64,000 nucleotides of DNA, from the NCBI RefSeq assembly GCF_018350175.1, contig NC_058368.1:107572001-107636000 (forward strand), read 5' to 3'. Below the pieces are notes generated by a model, which saw only the letters and a program-made list of their open reading frames with translations, did not search any database and had not been told where the DNA came from. Origin of the DNA: Felis catus. Its lineage: Eukaryota. Positions 13,606 through 26,990 of this stretch are shown piece after piece (position 1 is the stretch's first letter; each line of letters starts with the position of its first letter). The position numbers were made by a program, and so were the translations under genes.

Positions 13606-14017
13606 TGACTCAGATGTTCATCTGTGAAAATGTCCCCAAATTAGCAAAAAAATACAAAACATGTTTACTATAAACATGATTGGTATAATAAGTAATGGAA
13701 AGTTCATCTTCCAGAACCACTTGTATTGAGCAGGAAGTGGGCACTGGTACTCTGTGAGACAAGCTTAAAAACCCTGTCATTGAAAGGAAGACTCCTACTG
13801 GATGAGTCATCCAGCTGTAATAAACTGTCATCACAACTGGAGATCACTGGTATAATGACCAATGATGCTGCAGAAGCTATTTTGAGGCAAAAGCAAACAG
13901 CTGTTCTATGAACTGTAAGGCTCTACCTATTTCATATTAAAGTTCCATAATCCTGAGAAGTAGAATTGGGCAGTAGACAAAAATAATGGTCCTTTATGGC
14001 ACATCCAGTGTGACTCA
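13606..14017. promoter_or_regulatory. Candidate AP-1/ETS enhancer
   Basis: TGASTCA at 13606, 13803 and 14011; CAGGAAGTG at 13731; no recognisable repeat. Confidence 0.35.
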
Positions 14018-14201
14018 CTAGGAGAGGTGACATATTTATCATTCCTTGTTCTAGAACATTGTCCATCATTCCAAACTGAGTATTATTAAAGGAGAAATAA
14101 TTTCCCAGTTTATTAGGACTATCAGAAAAAGTCACTTGGTATGAGCCTGTATACCTCTTCAAAATCAGTCAACTATTTGTTTCTTCAGAATTTGTTTTCA
14201 T

Positions 14202-14433
14202 GGGGCGCCTGGGTGGCTTAGTCGGTTGAGCGTCTGACTTCAGCTCAGGTCATGATCTCACAGTTCGTGAGTTTGAGCCCTGCATCGGGCTCTGTGCTGA
14301 CAGCTCATAGCCTGGAGCCTGCTTCAGGTTCTGTGTCTCCCTCTCTCTCTGCCTCTTCCCTGCTCATGCTCCATCTCTCTCTGTCTCTCAAAAATGAATC
14401 AATGTTTAAAAAAAATTTTTTTAATTAAAAAAA
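14202..14433 (+). mobile_element. CanSINE
   Basis: Full-length. Confidence 0.92.
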
Positions 14434-14710
14434 AATTGTTCTCTCCTTGATTTTTTTAGGCCTGCCTTTTCTTCATTCTTTTGTGTTATCATCAAACCAT
14501 ATTCGTTTCCTTCACTGTACCCTTTCTCTGGCAGTCTAATAACATGTACTTCCCTCCCCTCAGAAAAGCCTACTTCTTCTCGTCTGCTGACTTTTCTTCT
14601 CCTCATTCCCTCTTTGCCACCCTCTCTTTTCTTCTCATTGTTTCACCTATTATCTCTAGACTCACATCTACTCACTGGGACTTTACAGTATTCCAGTTAT
14701 TCCTCCAAGT

Positions 14711-14715
<5 letters not shown>

Positions 14716-14755
<40 letters not shown>
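14716..14755. repeat. (TA)n microsatellite
   Basis: Seen directly. Confidence 0.95.
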
Positions 14756-14759
<4 letters not shown>

Positions 14760-14769
14760 TATCAATTTT

Positions 14770-14905
14770 GTTCTCTCATTTAACTCAAAAATCTTATGAG
14801 GTAAGTATAATTATTCCCTTTTAATAAAAGTGAGGAAACTGAGGCACAGAAAGATCAACTTACCGTTCTCGTGTGGCATAAGTAGTTATAAGTAATAGAG
14901 CTGAG
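14770..14905. mobile_element. MIR remnant
   Basis: GAGGAAACTGAGGCACAGA core. Confidence 0.6.
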
Positions 14906-15012
14906 TTGAAGAAACTATGGAGAAGTAACATGCTTTGTGGTGAAGATGTGGGTTTTTCCACCCTGATTCCATGATTATGATGTCCAAGGTACTAATTAGT
15001 AGGTTTTCTGTT

Positions 15013-15039
<27 letters not shown>
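15013..15039. repeat. (CA)n microsatellite
   Basis: Seen directly. Confidence 0.9.
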
Positions 15040-15043
<4 letters not shown>

Positions 15044-18000
15044 GAAGGATGTTTCTTTTGATGTGTTTGACTCCCTTATTTTCCATCTGTTAGCATATGT
15101 TTAGGCCACATCTGAAGTGAAGATTCTAAAACTGATTCAGCAGGGTCTCTTCAGTATGTAACAGTCTGATGCATCAACTCTCATGTCCTTTATCATAGCT
15201 GCATTAACTGTCCTCGCCACTACTGGGATTAGGGTTCATAGGCCTAACTCATACTCTGCTTAGTCAAATAAGAGTAGCTACAGTTCATGACCTCAACCAC
15301 TTATGATCTAGAAATTATGTGTTCTAATTTACCCTTCCAAAGTTGGCATGAGTTACTGTTTTCTCAGCTTCAACTTCCAAATGTCTAGCATGACTATTAT
15401 CTGTAGATAAATGTGCTAAGTACTAATGGAAGGAAAGCAAGATATAGAAGAGACGATTCCTATACGTAGGCCATTTTTCTTCCACCAAATTCAATATTGT
15501 GGTATCCTGACAGCTATGCTTTTGTATCATATTGTGGTTTAAATTTTATTGGTCACTTTCCCTTTGGATTTATTTGTTCTTTTTATTCTGGTCTTTTTAT
15601 GTATTATTTATTATTTTCACTTCTACTGATTCTTGATTGTGCATATTATTAATGAAGCATACCATTATTATTCTAGAAAATGGATAAGGATTTCCTTCCC
15701 TACTGTTGTGTGGATAGAGTTATGTCATGGCAGGCTTCTTCTCTGGAAAGTCACCTTAAGGTGCATATGTCTGGAGCATGACACGAGACTGTGTACCTCT
15801 AAGGTGCTCTGAGGTTGGCTCTCTCAGGGCATGAGTACCCACATTAGAAGCCATTAAAGAGGAATCCTCAGGTTTTCCATCTCAGGATAAAATTCATTCT
15901 CTCACAGAGTCTGGAATAGAGGGGGAAAGGTGTGGAAACTGATATAACTGTCATTCAGAAAGACCTTTAGCTAATGGCCACTTTCTGTTCCTCTTCTTAC
16001 TTCTAGAACCATGCTCATTATTAGGATTCTGCTTGAAAGAGTTCCTGCCTTGTGTTCTCTCTTCCATTCCTCAGCTTTGTCTACAAACCAACCTTAACTC
16101 ACTTTTCTTCTTCTACAGATACATTAAAATTACTTCCTCCCAATCTTCTTGCTATTATAGGTTGATTTTCTTTTTGTGTATTTCTACAAAGTATTTTTAA
16201 GGGTGGTCACTGAAGAGTGCAAAGAAGTATTTAATGCACTTTACATCCAGTCCTCAACTTTCACATTTCATATGTTAGGTGCAACATACTCAAGGTTAAG
16301 GCAATAATATAAATATAGTGATGATAGTTCATTGTGAATGCACAACATATACAGAACTGTGATCCAAAGAACAATAGGAAAATATAAAGCATTTAAAAAT
16401 GAATCATATAAATCAAATATAAATCATAAATAAAACATATAGGGTTGACAAAGCAAGTATTTAACTTTTCCTTTTTAAGATACATTATGGGTGTCTTTGC
16501 AGCATATGTGTTCCAGCAATATGTGGAACTGGTAGCATACTGCCACACAATAATCATAAGGCAACTCCAGTTCTTTATGAAGTCATCCATAAACTGGTCA
16601 CTAGACTCATGGGTCAGGGGTTAGCGGAGACTGACTAATCCCTCGGCCTGGGAGTTATTATCTTTTTTGCCCTTTCCATTCTTTTTCTCATTTCCTACTT
16701 AGGTCGCTAAAGGGGATAAGTGAGTGAAAGTTGTGCCACCTTAGAGATAGCTGTGTGTTGTTTCTCTCAGTGCTGTCTTTGTGTTTACCTTCACATACCA
16801 TGACTCACAATAATGTAATGACTCAAGCATCAGTATAGTAAGTGCCTTCAGAATAATGAATATCTGACGCTTAATAATTAAGCAGTTCAGATGCCAGAAA
16901 TTTTTCATTTAAAGATGGTTAATTGAATAAGATATGGTAAGAAGTGTTCTAAAATTCTATCCAGGGATGGATCTTAGACCAAAACACAAACACACACATA
17001 TACATAATAAATAATAAATGGATGATCTTACATCTGAACACACACATATAATAAATGGAACTCACAATAACATAGTTTAGAATACATCACCTGTTCATTA
17101 TGGGAATTTGTGCTTCAATAATTCTCACTGAAATTATGCGTTAAAAAAACTGAGTCCCTGAATCGGCATTAGTTATTGATGTAAATATTTGAGCAGAGCC
17201 TCTATTGATATCTGTAGTGATCCATTACAAATTCCTTGTGAAAAAAAAATCAATATTTAATGGCTTTGTGAGCTTTTGTTTGGTCTCCAGAAGTCTACCA
17301 AACTGAGATCCACAGTGACCACTGGGTACCATAGCAAATATAATTTCAGACTTAAATTATTTCTATGATCATATAAATGTTTAAACACTGACTATATTTT
17401 GAATTTTTATTTTGTTTCATTGTAAATATTTATCATCATAACTCAGTTAAGCTCTGGTGGTTTAGCAGCTTAAGAAAAAGAAAAAAACAACAACAAGGAA
17501 TTATACTTCTAGTGCTAATTTTTAAAAAGCAAAGTAGGAATAAATGTTCTTTATAATGAAACTACTGCTTATATTTAAAGGGAGGACATAAATTTGTATT
17601 CAACATTGTCAGTTCTCTATTTAAATATGTACAATGATATAGTAATGCATTAACAAAAATGTTACTAATACTTTGTAGTACTCTGTAGTTTACAGAAAGA
17701 TTTAATATTATTATCTCTTTGTAAATTTTACAATAAACCTATAAGGATACATTTAAATATGTCCATTTTAGGTAGAGTTTAGTTAAGAGGAATGGTCACA
17801 CCTGAGTTTCAAAATCAGGGAATTTTTTTACTGACTAACAATCAAATAATTTTGTGTTATGTTAAAGTGGACTTTATATTGCATATCATAACCTGGCATA
17901 AATCTCAAATCTATTTATTTTTTAGTTTCCATCTAAATATTTGATACAACTTTTGGATAAACTTTCTCACGTTGTCCTGTATTAGTGAACAGAAGATAAG

Positions 18001-18396
18001 TTTTGTATCATATCATATGTTAGCATGCATGGTTCATTCCATACATATTTAAGTATCATTAGAAACATGTTTATATTAATTATATCAAACTCAAACTGTT
18101 GATTATGGCTTTCATCCTTTCACTTCCAGATGGATAATACTAAAGAATTTCTGCACCTTTCCCTAACTGGTTATCTGTGGCTGCCTTTTCTGGCACTGGC
18201 ACCTTGATTGGCCTATCAAGGTAGAGTCCTGTTCAAAAACTGAACACTTTATTGGAGCCAATTACCAATTAAATGGTAATATCTCTTCTTGAATATTTTC
18301 AGGAATGGATATTTTTTATGGTTTGCAGCATAGGATTCTGGACCTTCAGTTGAGCCCATCTTGGGAACATAGGAACCTTAAGAGAAGTTTTTGTCT

Positions 18397-18574
18397 TGGG
18401 GCATGCCTGGGTGGCTTAGTCAGTTAAATGTTCAATTCTTGGTTTCAACTCAGGTCATGATCTGATGGTTCACGGGTTTGAGCCCCACATCAGACTCCTT
18501 GTTGATGGTGCAGAGCCTGCTTGTGATTCTCTCTCTCTCCCTCTCTGCCCCTCCCTTGGTCATGCTCTCGCTCG

Positions 18575-18623
<49 letters not shown>

Positions 18624-18650
18624 AAAATAAATAAATAAACTTTAAAAAAG
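18397..18650 (+). mobile_element. CanSINE with long CT tract
   Basis: Full-length. Confidence 0.9.
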
Positions 18651-20569
18651 TTTTAGCATTGTATGTGTTTCTGTGGCCTATCCACAAGAAGTGACCTCCC
18701 ACCTCAGTAAGAAAAATTAGTTTGTTTTTTTAATTTTTAAGAAACTTATCTTTGCTGTCTATACACCTTGTGCTAGAAGTATATAAAAGAGTAAATAATG
18801 TAGAATATGTCTACACTTCACCACTTGGACAAGATCTCAACAGTGAAATGTCTTTAGGTAGTTCTTTAAAATTCCCTTGAGATAGCCTGTCTTCAGCTTA
18901 GATGATCTAGAAGACATGTTCACCACTGGCTCATCTATACCATTTCCCATTATAGCGAAAATAAAGGCAAAGGCCTTCTTTTGAAATTTTCCAGTTTCAG
19001 CTCTGAACACTGTTCTTAGCTAAAACAAACTTCTCAAGTTCTTTTGACATGTAGTTATATACAGAATTTAATCTTTTCCTGGTATAGTCTGTCTTCTCAT
19101 CTTTGTAAGATTTGCACCTAGGTATTTGGTTTAGAAAATGTGCACTATTGTACTGAAGTAGGCTCTGTCCAAATGACAGTAAAGACAGCAATGGACAGCT
19201 CCTGGGAAAAGTTTTTTTAGTGTACTTGAACTCTCAGAAAGAGAGCTAGCTGCGTTTATTCTTCCCTACATCCAAAATATTCCCCCCAAAAAACTGATCG
19301 GCCATACCTGCGTAATGCCTACTTTTCTGGATTGAACCTGTGGGAATTGGGTGCTCTCATTGAAGCTGTGGTTTCATGATGCCTTCTTTGGTGGAGACAG
19401 AGGACTCAGTGATTGTTAGTCCATTCAGATGGAAGATGAGCAGTTATAAGGAGTTAAGGAATTCTCTTACTGGAAAAAGGGGAAATGGAGGCTGACTTGT
19501 CAGAAACATTTCTGTACTCTGTGCAAACATCCTTCAAGAAGCAAGAAGTATCATCCTGTATGTGAATGCTTCCTTACTCCTGCATGTAATATCAGTCATT
19601 TGTTCTCCTGAGATGCCTGTGGAACATGTGTAAGTAAGCAGTTATCACAGCAGTGTACTATTCTGTGGACTACTCTTTTTCTCTAGACTCTAATTCTTTA
19701 AGGACAGAGGCCATTTTTTAGCCATTTCTGTATGCTCAGTGCGTCATAGTTTTTAGTACAGAATAAATCCTAAAATTGTTCCTTATGTTAGTGACATGAT
19801 AAGCCTGAGTTGTTCTGTCTTCTAGTCTTGCATGAGTTCAAAAAGGCACATTCAAGAGCAATTACTTTAGCTGTGGAAAAAAAATCTTTGTAGCAATGTG
19901 ATTTAAACATAATGGGTTTGGCTTTAAGCAATAGATGATATGAAAAATATTTCTTTATCTTTTGTAAAATAGCTCCTGATGACACAGTCCATTATGTTGA
20001 TCAATGTCTTTACTTAAAAATTTATTTGAAAGTGTATTTAAAATCTGACAGAGAAAATTACTCTTCAAATTCATTGCTAACACAAAATAGACTTCTCCTT
20101 ATCATCTTTCTGCTAAATAATGAGAAATTCAGTAATATCTGCTTTCATTTTGACTACCAAGAAATAAATAGATACAATTTAACCTTAATTGCTTTAGCCT
20201 AATGTAGGCTATTTTTTTCTGGTATAATTGTTTCCTAATCTGGTTCTCCAGTTTATCATATGTAAATATTACTCAGGGAACTTGTTAAAATACATGTTTC
20301 TATGCCCTACTCCCTGAGATTTATATACAGTCAATTATCTTGCAAATTTTGAACATCTTATTGATTCAGAAATTAGTAAATACACATGTTTTAATTCCTA
20401 TTATCCACTAAAAATGTAGGAATGAGGCACACTTCCAAACAGATACAAAGAGGGAATAATAAAGAACATGTTTCACCTAATCTAAAAGAAGGCAAGAAAA
20501 GAGAGACAAAGAAATACAATCCCCCCTGAATAATGGAAAGAGAGGACTCTTGGTATCTGAAAAGGTTCC

Positions 20570-20769
20570 CCATAGTTCCTCAAAAAATTTAAAATAGGAC
20601 TATGATCCAGCAATAGCACTACTATTTACCTGAAGAATACAAAAGCACTAATTCAAATGGATACATGCACCCTTGTGTTTATAGTAACATTATTTATAGT
20701 GGCCAAGATATGGAAGCTACCCAAGTGTCCATTGGTAGATGAATGGATAAAAGAGATATGGTATGTAAG

Positions 20770-20816
<47 letters not shown>

Positions 20817-21185
20817 GGAATATTAGTCAAAAAAAAAAAAAGAAAAGAATGAAATCTTGCTATTTGCAGTGAAATGATTGGAGCTAGATAGTATAATGCT
20901 AAGTGAAAGAAGTCAGAGAAAGACAAATAAACCATATTATTTCACTCGTGTGGAATTTAAGAAACAAAAAGGGAATGAAAAAGAGATACACACAAATCAA
21001 GAAACAGACTCAATTATAGACAACAATCTGATGGTTACCAGGGGAAGTGATGGAGATTAAGGAGTACACTTCATGTGATGAGCACCAGGTTACGTATGGG
21101 ATTGTTGAATCACTATACTGTACACCTGAAACTAATATAAGACTATATATTAATTAACTGGAATTAAAATAAAAACTTAAAAAGC
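20570..21185 (+). mobile_element. Carnivore L1 3' end with internal (CA)n
   Basis: ORF2 C-terminal remnant (DTCTLVFIVTLFIVAKIWKLPKCPLVDEWIK), 3'UTR and A tail. Confidence 0.88.
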
Positions 21186-21189
21186 CAAA

Positions 21190-22100
21190 AACAAAAATAA
21201 TATACAGAAAAGCACTATATTTTGGCAACCTGAGTGGATATTACATTTCTATAAATCAACCACTCAAAAATAAAGTTTTAAAAGCATCATTCATAATGGC
21301 AACAAAGTCACAAAATACCTAACGTTAAATTTAACAACTGTGTCTAAGACTTGGATGCATAAATTTATAACATTTTTCAGAAATAAAGCATACTAAATAA
21401 ATGGAGAGAGATCTTGTTCATGGATGGAAGACTTCTGAAGATACCAGTTTTTCTAATTTGAACTACACAGAGTAATTCCAGTAAAAACCTTGTGAGCTTT
21501 TCTTTTTCTTGGACATTGGGACATCTTTTTCTTGGACATTTCTAATAGTTTTATGGAAAATTGAAAGATCCAGTAATAGACAAGACACTTTCGATGAAGG
21601 AGGAAGTGAGGAAAGGACAAGAAGAACAAGAAGATGCGACAAGAGGAGGAGGAACGTGCCCTACTCCATTATCAGGACGTATGCAGACACAGTCAGTTTG
21701 ACATTTGACAGTGTTTGCTTGACTAATCCATGGAAAATGGAGGATTATTCAATAAAAGAAGCTTGGAAAAGTGAATTTCCATTTAGAAAAAAGGACATTA
21801 GGCCTGAACCTCACATCATGCACAAAATCAAATCCAGATGGAGTATAAAATTAAAAGTAAAAAACAAAGCTTAAACTTGAGAATATATCATTGAATATCT
21901 TTCTGACTCGAGGTAGGAAACAGTATTTTAAGCAGGCCACTAAAAAGTGCAATAATTCTAAAAGAAAATTTGATCTATTTAATTGTACTAAAATATTGTT
22001 ATGAAGAAATACCAAAAAATATATATAAAAACAAACCTCTTACTGTAATAAGATATGTTCAACAAATGCAACCAACAAACGATTAGTATCAGAAGTGAAT
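21190..22100 (+). mobile_element. Old L1 ORF2 remnant
   Basis: CTAAATAAATGGAGAGAG...TGTTCATGGATGGAAGAC; AAAATCAAATCCAGATGGA. Confidence 0.65.
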
Positions 22101-24239
22101 ATAATGGAAGCATGTAGGACCCACCAGCCTCCTGTTCTGGGTAGTGTCCCCAAGCCTGGCCTGGGTCTGAACTGGGACTCCCCAGCCACTAGAATATATC
22201 TGTCTCTGCAGTCTTTATGGCCTTCATTCTGGACCAAGGCGGTTTGACTTCTACTACCTCAAGTAGATCCTGAATGTCAAAAAGCATGTCCATTTGATGC
22301 CTTTGAGGAAAAGGAGAACTTGGGGTGACCAACACTTTCTAGAGGAAACCTCCTAAAATGACTGGTACAGGAGATGCTAAACATACTAAGAAAGTAGTTT
22401 TCTTTTTGTTTTTTGATGACTTTGCAAACAACCATTACACATTTAAGCACTGAGATGTCTCATTTGGTGTTTTATTAACTAAACCAGGTAGTGGTATGGT
22501 ATAGAAGTCTACAGGATCAACAAGCAGACCTCAAATAAGTAAATCTGGTTATCTTTCCCCATCCAGTGGGTGCAAGCATTATGGCGGGAATGCGAAAAAC
22601 TGGGTGTGTTCCCATAACAGTGTACCCCTGCGTGAACTGCTGTCCACACAGCTGACTAAAAGTCTAAATTGGATTTATCTTTCTTTACCTTTTCTGGAAA
22701 GGGTACTTGATGCCCATTTTTAAAGAGACTATGAGCTGAACAGCCAAGATTAAATCTTCATTCTGCAGCTGAGTTACTGTCTGTTTCTTTCCACTCTTGC
22801 TTTTGAGGATAGTTATGTTGTGCATAACGGCTCTGTGAGGGAGGGGGAGGGTATGGTGCCTTTCTGCCCACCCTCAAGTTCTGATTTGTAATATTTCCAA
22901 ATTATTTTGGATTTGTTACCTGATTTTTATCCCTTCTTTGATCTCTTTTATCTTTTATAATGTTCAATAACCCATATTTTAACAGAATAACCTTAAAATA
23001 AGAAAAATATTAAGAAGAAAAATTTTAAAAGGAGAAATTTTGAAAGGCTTAACTTTTCATTCCTTGAATGCTTTCCTTCAAAAATTATGTGAAGGCTAGT
23101 TGGCCAACCTCATCATCTTTCTCAAAATGAGCCTCATTAAAAAGTATCGTATGCATGGGTATCATGCCTTTTTGAAAGCATAAACATTTCTGAGCCCTTT
23201 ATTATCAAAGCATCCAAAGCAACTTGCAGTTCTCAAACTGAAATCCATTCCCCATTTGCTCTTCAAGACTTCTAAGATTTAGCCAGCAATGGATGACCCA
23301 CGAGACATGATGAGACTTCTTCCATATATATCTATTTACACACACACACATGTTTATGTGTATGGATTTTTTTTCTTTTTATCTAAGTTTCATTGTAGAA
23401 TCAGCTGCAAATCATTGGAGTTTGAGAAAACAAACACACTCCCTAGACTTTCTCCCAAAGAGAAGAAGGAAAACAAAGGCCATTTCTATAAGCTGTGGTG
23501 TAATGCAATAAACAAGGTCATGGAGCTGAGGAAGTGCTTTGTAAACTGTGAGGAGTCACATAGATGAAGGAGGTGTTTTTATCCGTAAGAAGAATCCTGC
23601 TCCTAAACTTGGCTCAGCCCCAAAGTAGTTGTCCATCTGAGGGCAAGGTTCACTAACTTCCTGGACCTGTGTTTTTGAATCTGTCAAATGAGAATTCAAC
23701 TGGCTAGAACATAGTTGATTTCCACTGTATGCCTTCAATGATCTTGGGCAGCCTAACAGGCTAGCTTTGATTATCTGTGGGTAGATGGGGGAATGATAGT
23801 GAATAACTTCTTATGTTATGTGGTGAGTATATTGTTATGGGTATTGCTCTATTGGAAATTAGTTTCATTCAGGTTAAAATAACCATCCTTTACTGTGCCT
23901 TTAATGTGCTAAGCCTGTTATACCTTATTACTTCATTTTAATCTTTAGTGACCTGCCCTTTACATATGAAGAAACCAAAGCTCAGGAACACTAAATTCAT
24001 CCAAAGTTAAACTCATCTTCTATTATTAATAGTATTATTAGGAACAAGTGTATATGAATATGTAGCAAAAGATTTTGCAGTGGGTGAAACAAAAACATAT
24101 TCCATTATAGAACAAAAATTTTAACAGTAGAAAACCATAAGAAATTCTAAGTGGGGAATTTATAATATTGCCTTCTTAAGAAATAAAAGTTTGCTTGAAT
24201 CCACTGGAAATTTTTAAGTGTGATAGGTCAACTAGCTAG

Positions 24240-24845
24240 TGAGAAAATGAATAAAAACCATATTTGTTTTGGGGGGTAAAAAGACTATAGAATTCCCACA
24301 CAAAAAGTTATTTTAAAATGGGCAAAATGTAATCAGCCATTTCATAGGAGGAACACATGTGAATAAGTGTAGAAAAAGGTGTGCAATTTCATTAGCAGTC
24401 AGAAAAATGCAAATAAAGCCACAACGCGATACCATTTTGCACCCACTAAAACAGTATTGAAAAGTTGGAACAATAATGAGGTTTGTGGAATATGTGACTT
24501 AACAGTCTTTCTTCTCAATTAGTATTCAAGTATAAATTGATAAAATTATTTGGAAAGCAGTTTGGTCTTCTCTTGTAAAATTCAATGTTCACATATTCTG
24601 TGACTTCGCAATTTCACTTATATCTATGTAGACCCCAAAGAAGCTCTCACATTTATCTTCCAGGAGACATGGAGAACAATGTTCAAAGCAACACTGTTTG
24701 TAAGATCAAAAACCTAGAAGTAACTCAAATGCCTGTCAGTAGGAGTTGATGAGTCAATGAGAGTGTGTCCATACAGTGGAATATTATGCAGCAGCAAAAA
24801 TTAATTGACTATATATCTTTATGCACAGTATGGGTGAATTCTAGA
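24240..24845 (+). mobile_element. Old L1 3' remnant
   Basis: GAAAAATGCAAATAAAGCCACAACGCGATACCATTT and related motifs. Confidence 0.7.
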
Positions 24846-25148
24846 AATGTTTATGCTGCAACAGATTTTCTGATATATTCTGTCTTTTAGCATAATGAAT
24901 ATGATGAAATTTAAGGTCACTCAATATTTTAGACATCTGGAGTTTTAATGTGTATTTTTTTGTAGTTGACGAAAACAGAAAATGACATGTGGTTGGTAAT
25001 TGTGCCTGTGCCTGGCTGGTGAATAGAATGTGGCACAACACAGAATTCTTGGTAGAGAAGAAAATATCAAGGTAATATGGCATCAGCAAAATGAACCACA
25101 GCACTCAGTTGAGGAGAGAGTCTTCATCAGAAAAGAACCATTTCTTTA

Positions 25149-25305
25149 AGATGCCTGGGTGGCTCAGTCAATTAAGCATCCACCTCTTAATTTCAGCTTA
25201 GGTCATGATCTCACAATTTTTGGGATAGGCTCTGAACTAACAGTGCTTGGGATTCTCTCCCTCTCTCTCTGACCCTCCCCCCATCTCCAAATAAAAACTT
25301 AAAGA
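25149..25305 (+). mobile_element. CanSINE (internally deleted)
   Basis: Head, CT tract and tail present. Confidence 0.85.
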
Positions 25306-25379
25306 AAATAAGCATTTTTTGAAGACTGATGTTTTATTATATAACTCTCGTATATTAAGCTGTATGTTTCCTTTAAGGT

Positions 25380-25630
25380 ATTATTTTTATTTATTTATTC
25401 TTACTGAATTATAGTTCGCATACAGTGTTCTGCTACTTTCAGGTGTACAACATAGTGCTTCATCAGTTCCATACATTTCTCAGTGCTCACTGGGATAAGT
25501 GTAATCACATCTGTCACCATGCCATGCTATTACAGTGTTATTGACTGTATTCCTCTTGCTGTAATTTTCATCCTCATGATTTATTTATTTTATATCTGGA
25601 AGTTTATATGTCTTAATCCTCTTCACCTAT
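25380..25630 (-). mobile_element. Carnivore L1 3'UTR fragment
   Basis: T-rich tail then TTTCAGGTGTACAACATAGTG. Confidence 0.75.
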
Positions 25631-25851
25631 TTATTTTAGCAAAGAATCGTGCATTAAATTGGCATATCTTTTAAACATTATACCCAGTTGGCTTTTTATA
25701 CAAAAAGAAAGAAAGAAAGAAAATCATTGTCAACATAATTATAAATCTTTAGTCAGAGTATTTTTCAATTTCAGTTGTTTTATTTTTAATGCTTTTTAAA
25801 TGTGAATAGGAAACATTAAACCATCCTTTCTTGAACTAATCTCCTATCGCT

Positions 25852-26038
25852 GCAGTTCTCCCACTTCAGCGTGCATTAGAGTCATCTGAAGGACTTATTA
25901 AAACACAGATCACTGGGCCCCATCCACAGAGTATCTGATGCAGTAGCTCTGAGGTGGGGCCTGTGAATTTGTATTTCTAACAAATTCCCACGTGATGCTG
26001 ATGCTTTTGGTTTGGGGACCACAATTTAAGAACCAATG
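25852..26038. mobile_element. MER5A (hAT-Charlie)
   Basis: TTATTAAAACACAGATCACTGGGCCCCA...TTTCTAACAAATTCCCACGTGATGCTGATGCT. Confidence 0.88.
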
Positions 26039-26325
26039 CCCATAAGTTTTTGGATTCAGATACTACTTGGCTCCTTTCTTAGAGTCTGCAGGTCATGGGT
26101 TACATGGGAGGTCATGCAGCCTGACTTCTACCTGCTGGGGGGCTCAGGCTGTCCTGTCCATGCTGTCATTGTGTATATAGAAGGAGGTTGGGTCCAGTGA
26201 TCTTTAAGTCATTTCTCTTTCAGGGTTAGTTCCAGAAGTCAGTGAATTTTCTTATCTTTTGGTATTAGCTGACACATCGTTTGCCAATATGAGTTCATAG
26301 AAACTTTGTCAACATCTAATGAGCA

Positions 26326-26545
26326 GGGGCTCCTGGGTGGCTCTGTCAGAGAAGCATCCAACTCTTGGTTTTGGATCAGGTTATGATCATGGTTCATGGG
26401 TTCAAGCCCCACGTCAGGCTCTGCACTGACAGCACAGCAACTGCCTGGGATTCTGTTTCCCTCTCCCTCTGCCACTCCCCTTCTTGCTCTCTCTCTCTGT
26501 CTCTCTCTCTGTCTCTAAAAAAATAAGTCAACATTAAAAAAAATC
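26326..26545 (+). mobile_element. CanSINE
   Basis: Full-length. Confidence 0.9.
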
Positions 26546-26769
26546 TAATTAGCTTGTGAAAATCTCTATCCATGATAAAATTCCATATTGAGATTTTTTT
26601 TAAGTTTTGATCAACATAAGTGGTACATATTTGCAAAAATACACTTAAACATTTATTAAAGGACAACTTTAAATTTTGGGAGAAAGCTAGGCAATACATT
26701 ATTTGTGATGTCGGAGTTCAGCCTAACAACATGTCAAGTACTTTTACTTTGATTCTGACAGCAATTCTT

Positions 26770-26990
26770 TTTTTTTTTTAATTTTTTTTAACGTTTTTAT
26801 TTATTTTTGAGACAGAGACAGAGCATGAACGGGGGAGGGGCAGAGAGAGAGGGAGACACAGAATCAGAAGCAGGCTCCAGGCTCTGAGCCATCAGCCCAG
26901 AGCCCGACGCAGGGCTTGAACTCACAGACTGTGAGATCCTGACCTGAGCCGAAGTCGGACGCTTAACTGACTGAGCCACCCAGGCGCCCC
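26770..26990 (-). mobile_element. Young felid CanSINE
   Basis: Near-consensus, CpGs retained; TSD TGACAGCAATTCTT at 26756-26769 and 26993-27006. Confidence 0.95.

Noticed and set aside
21509..21874. 121-aa ORF
   Set aside because: Lies in a decayed L1 ORF2 remnant
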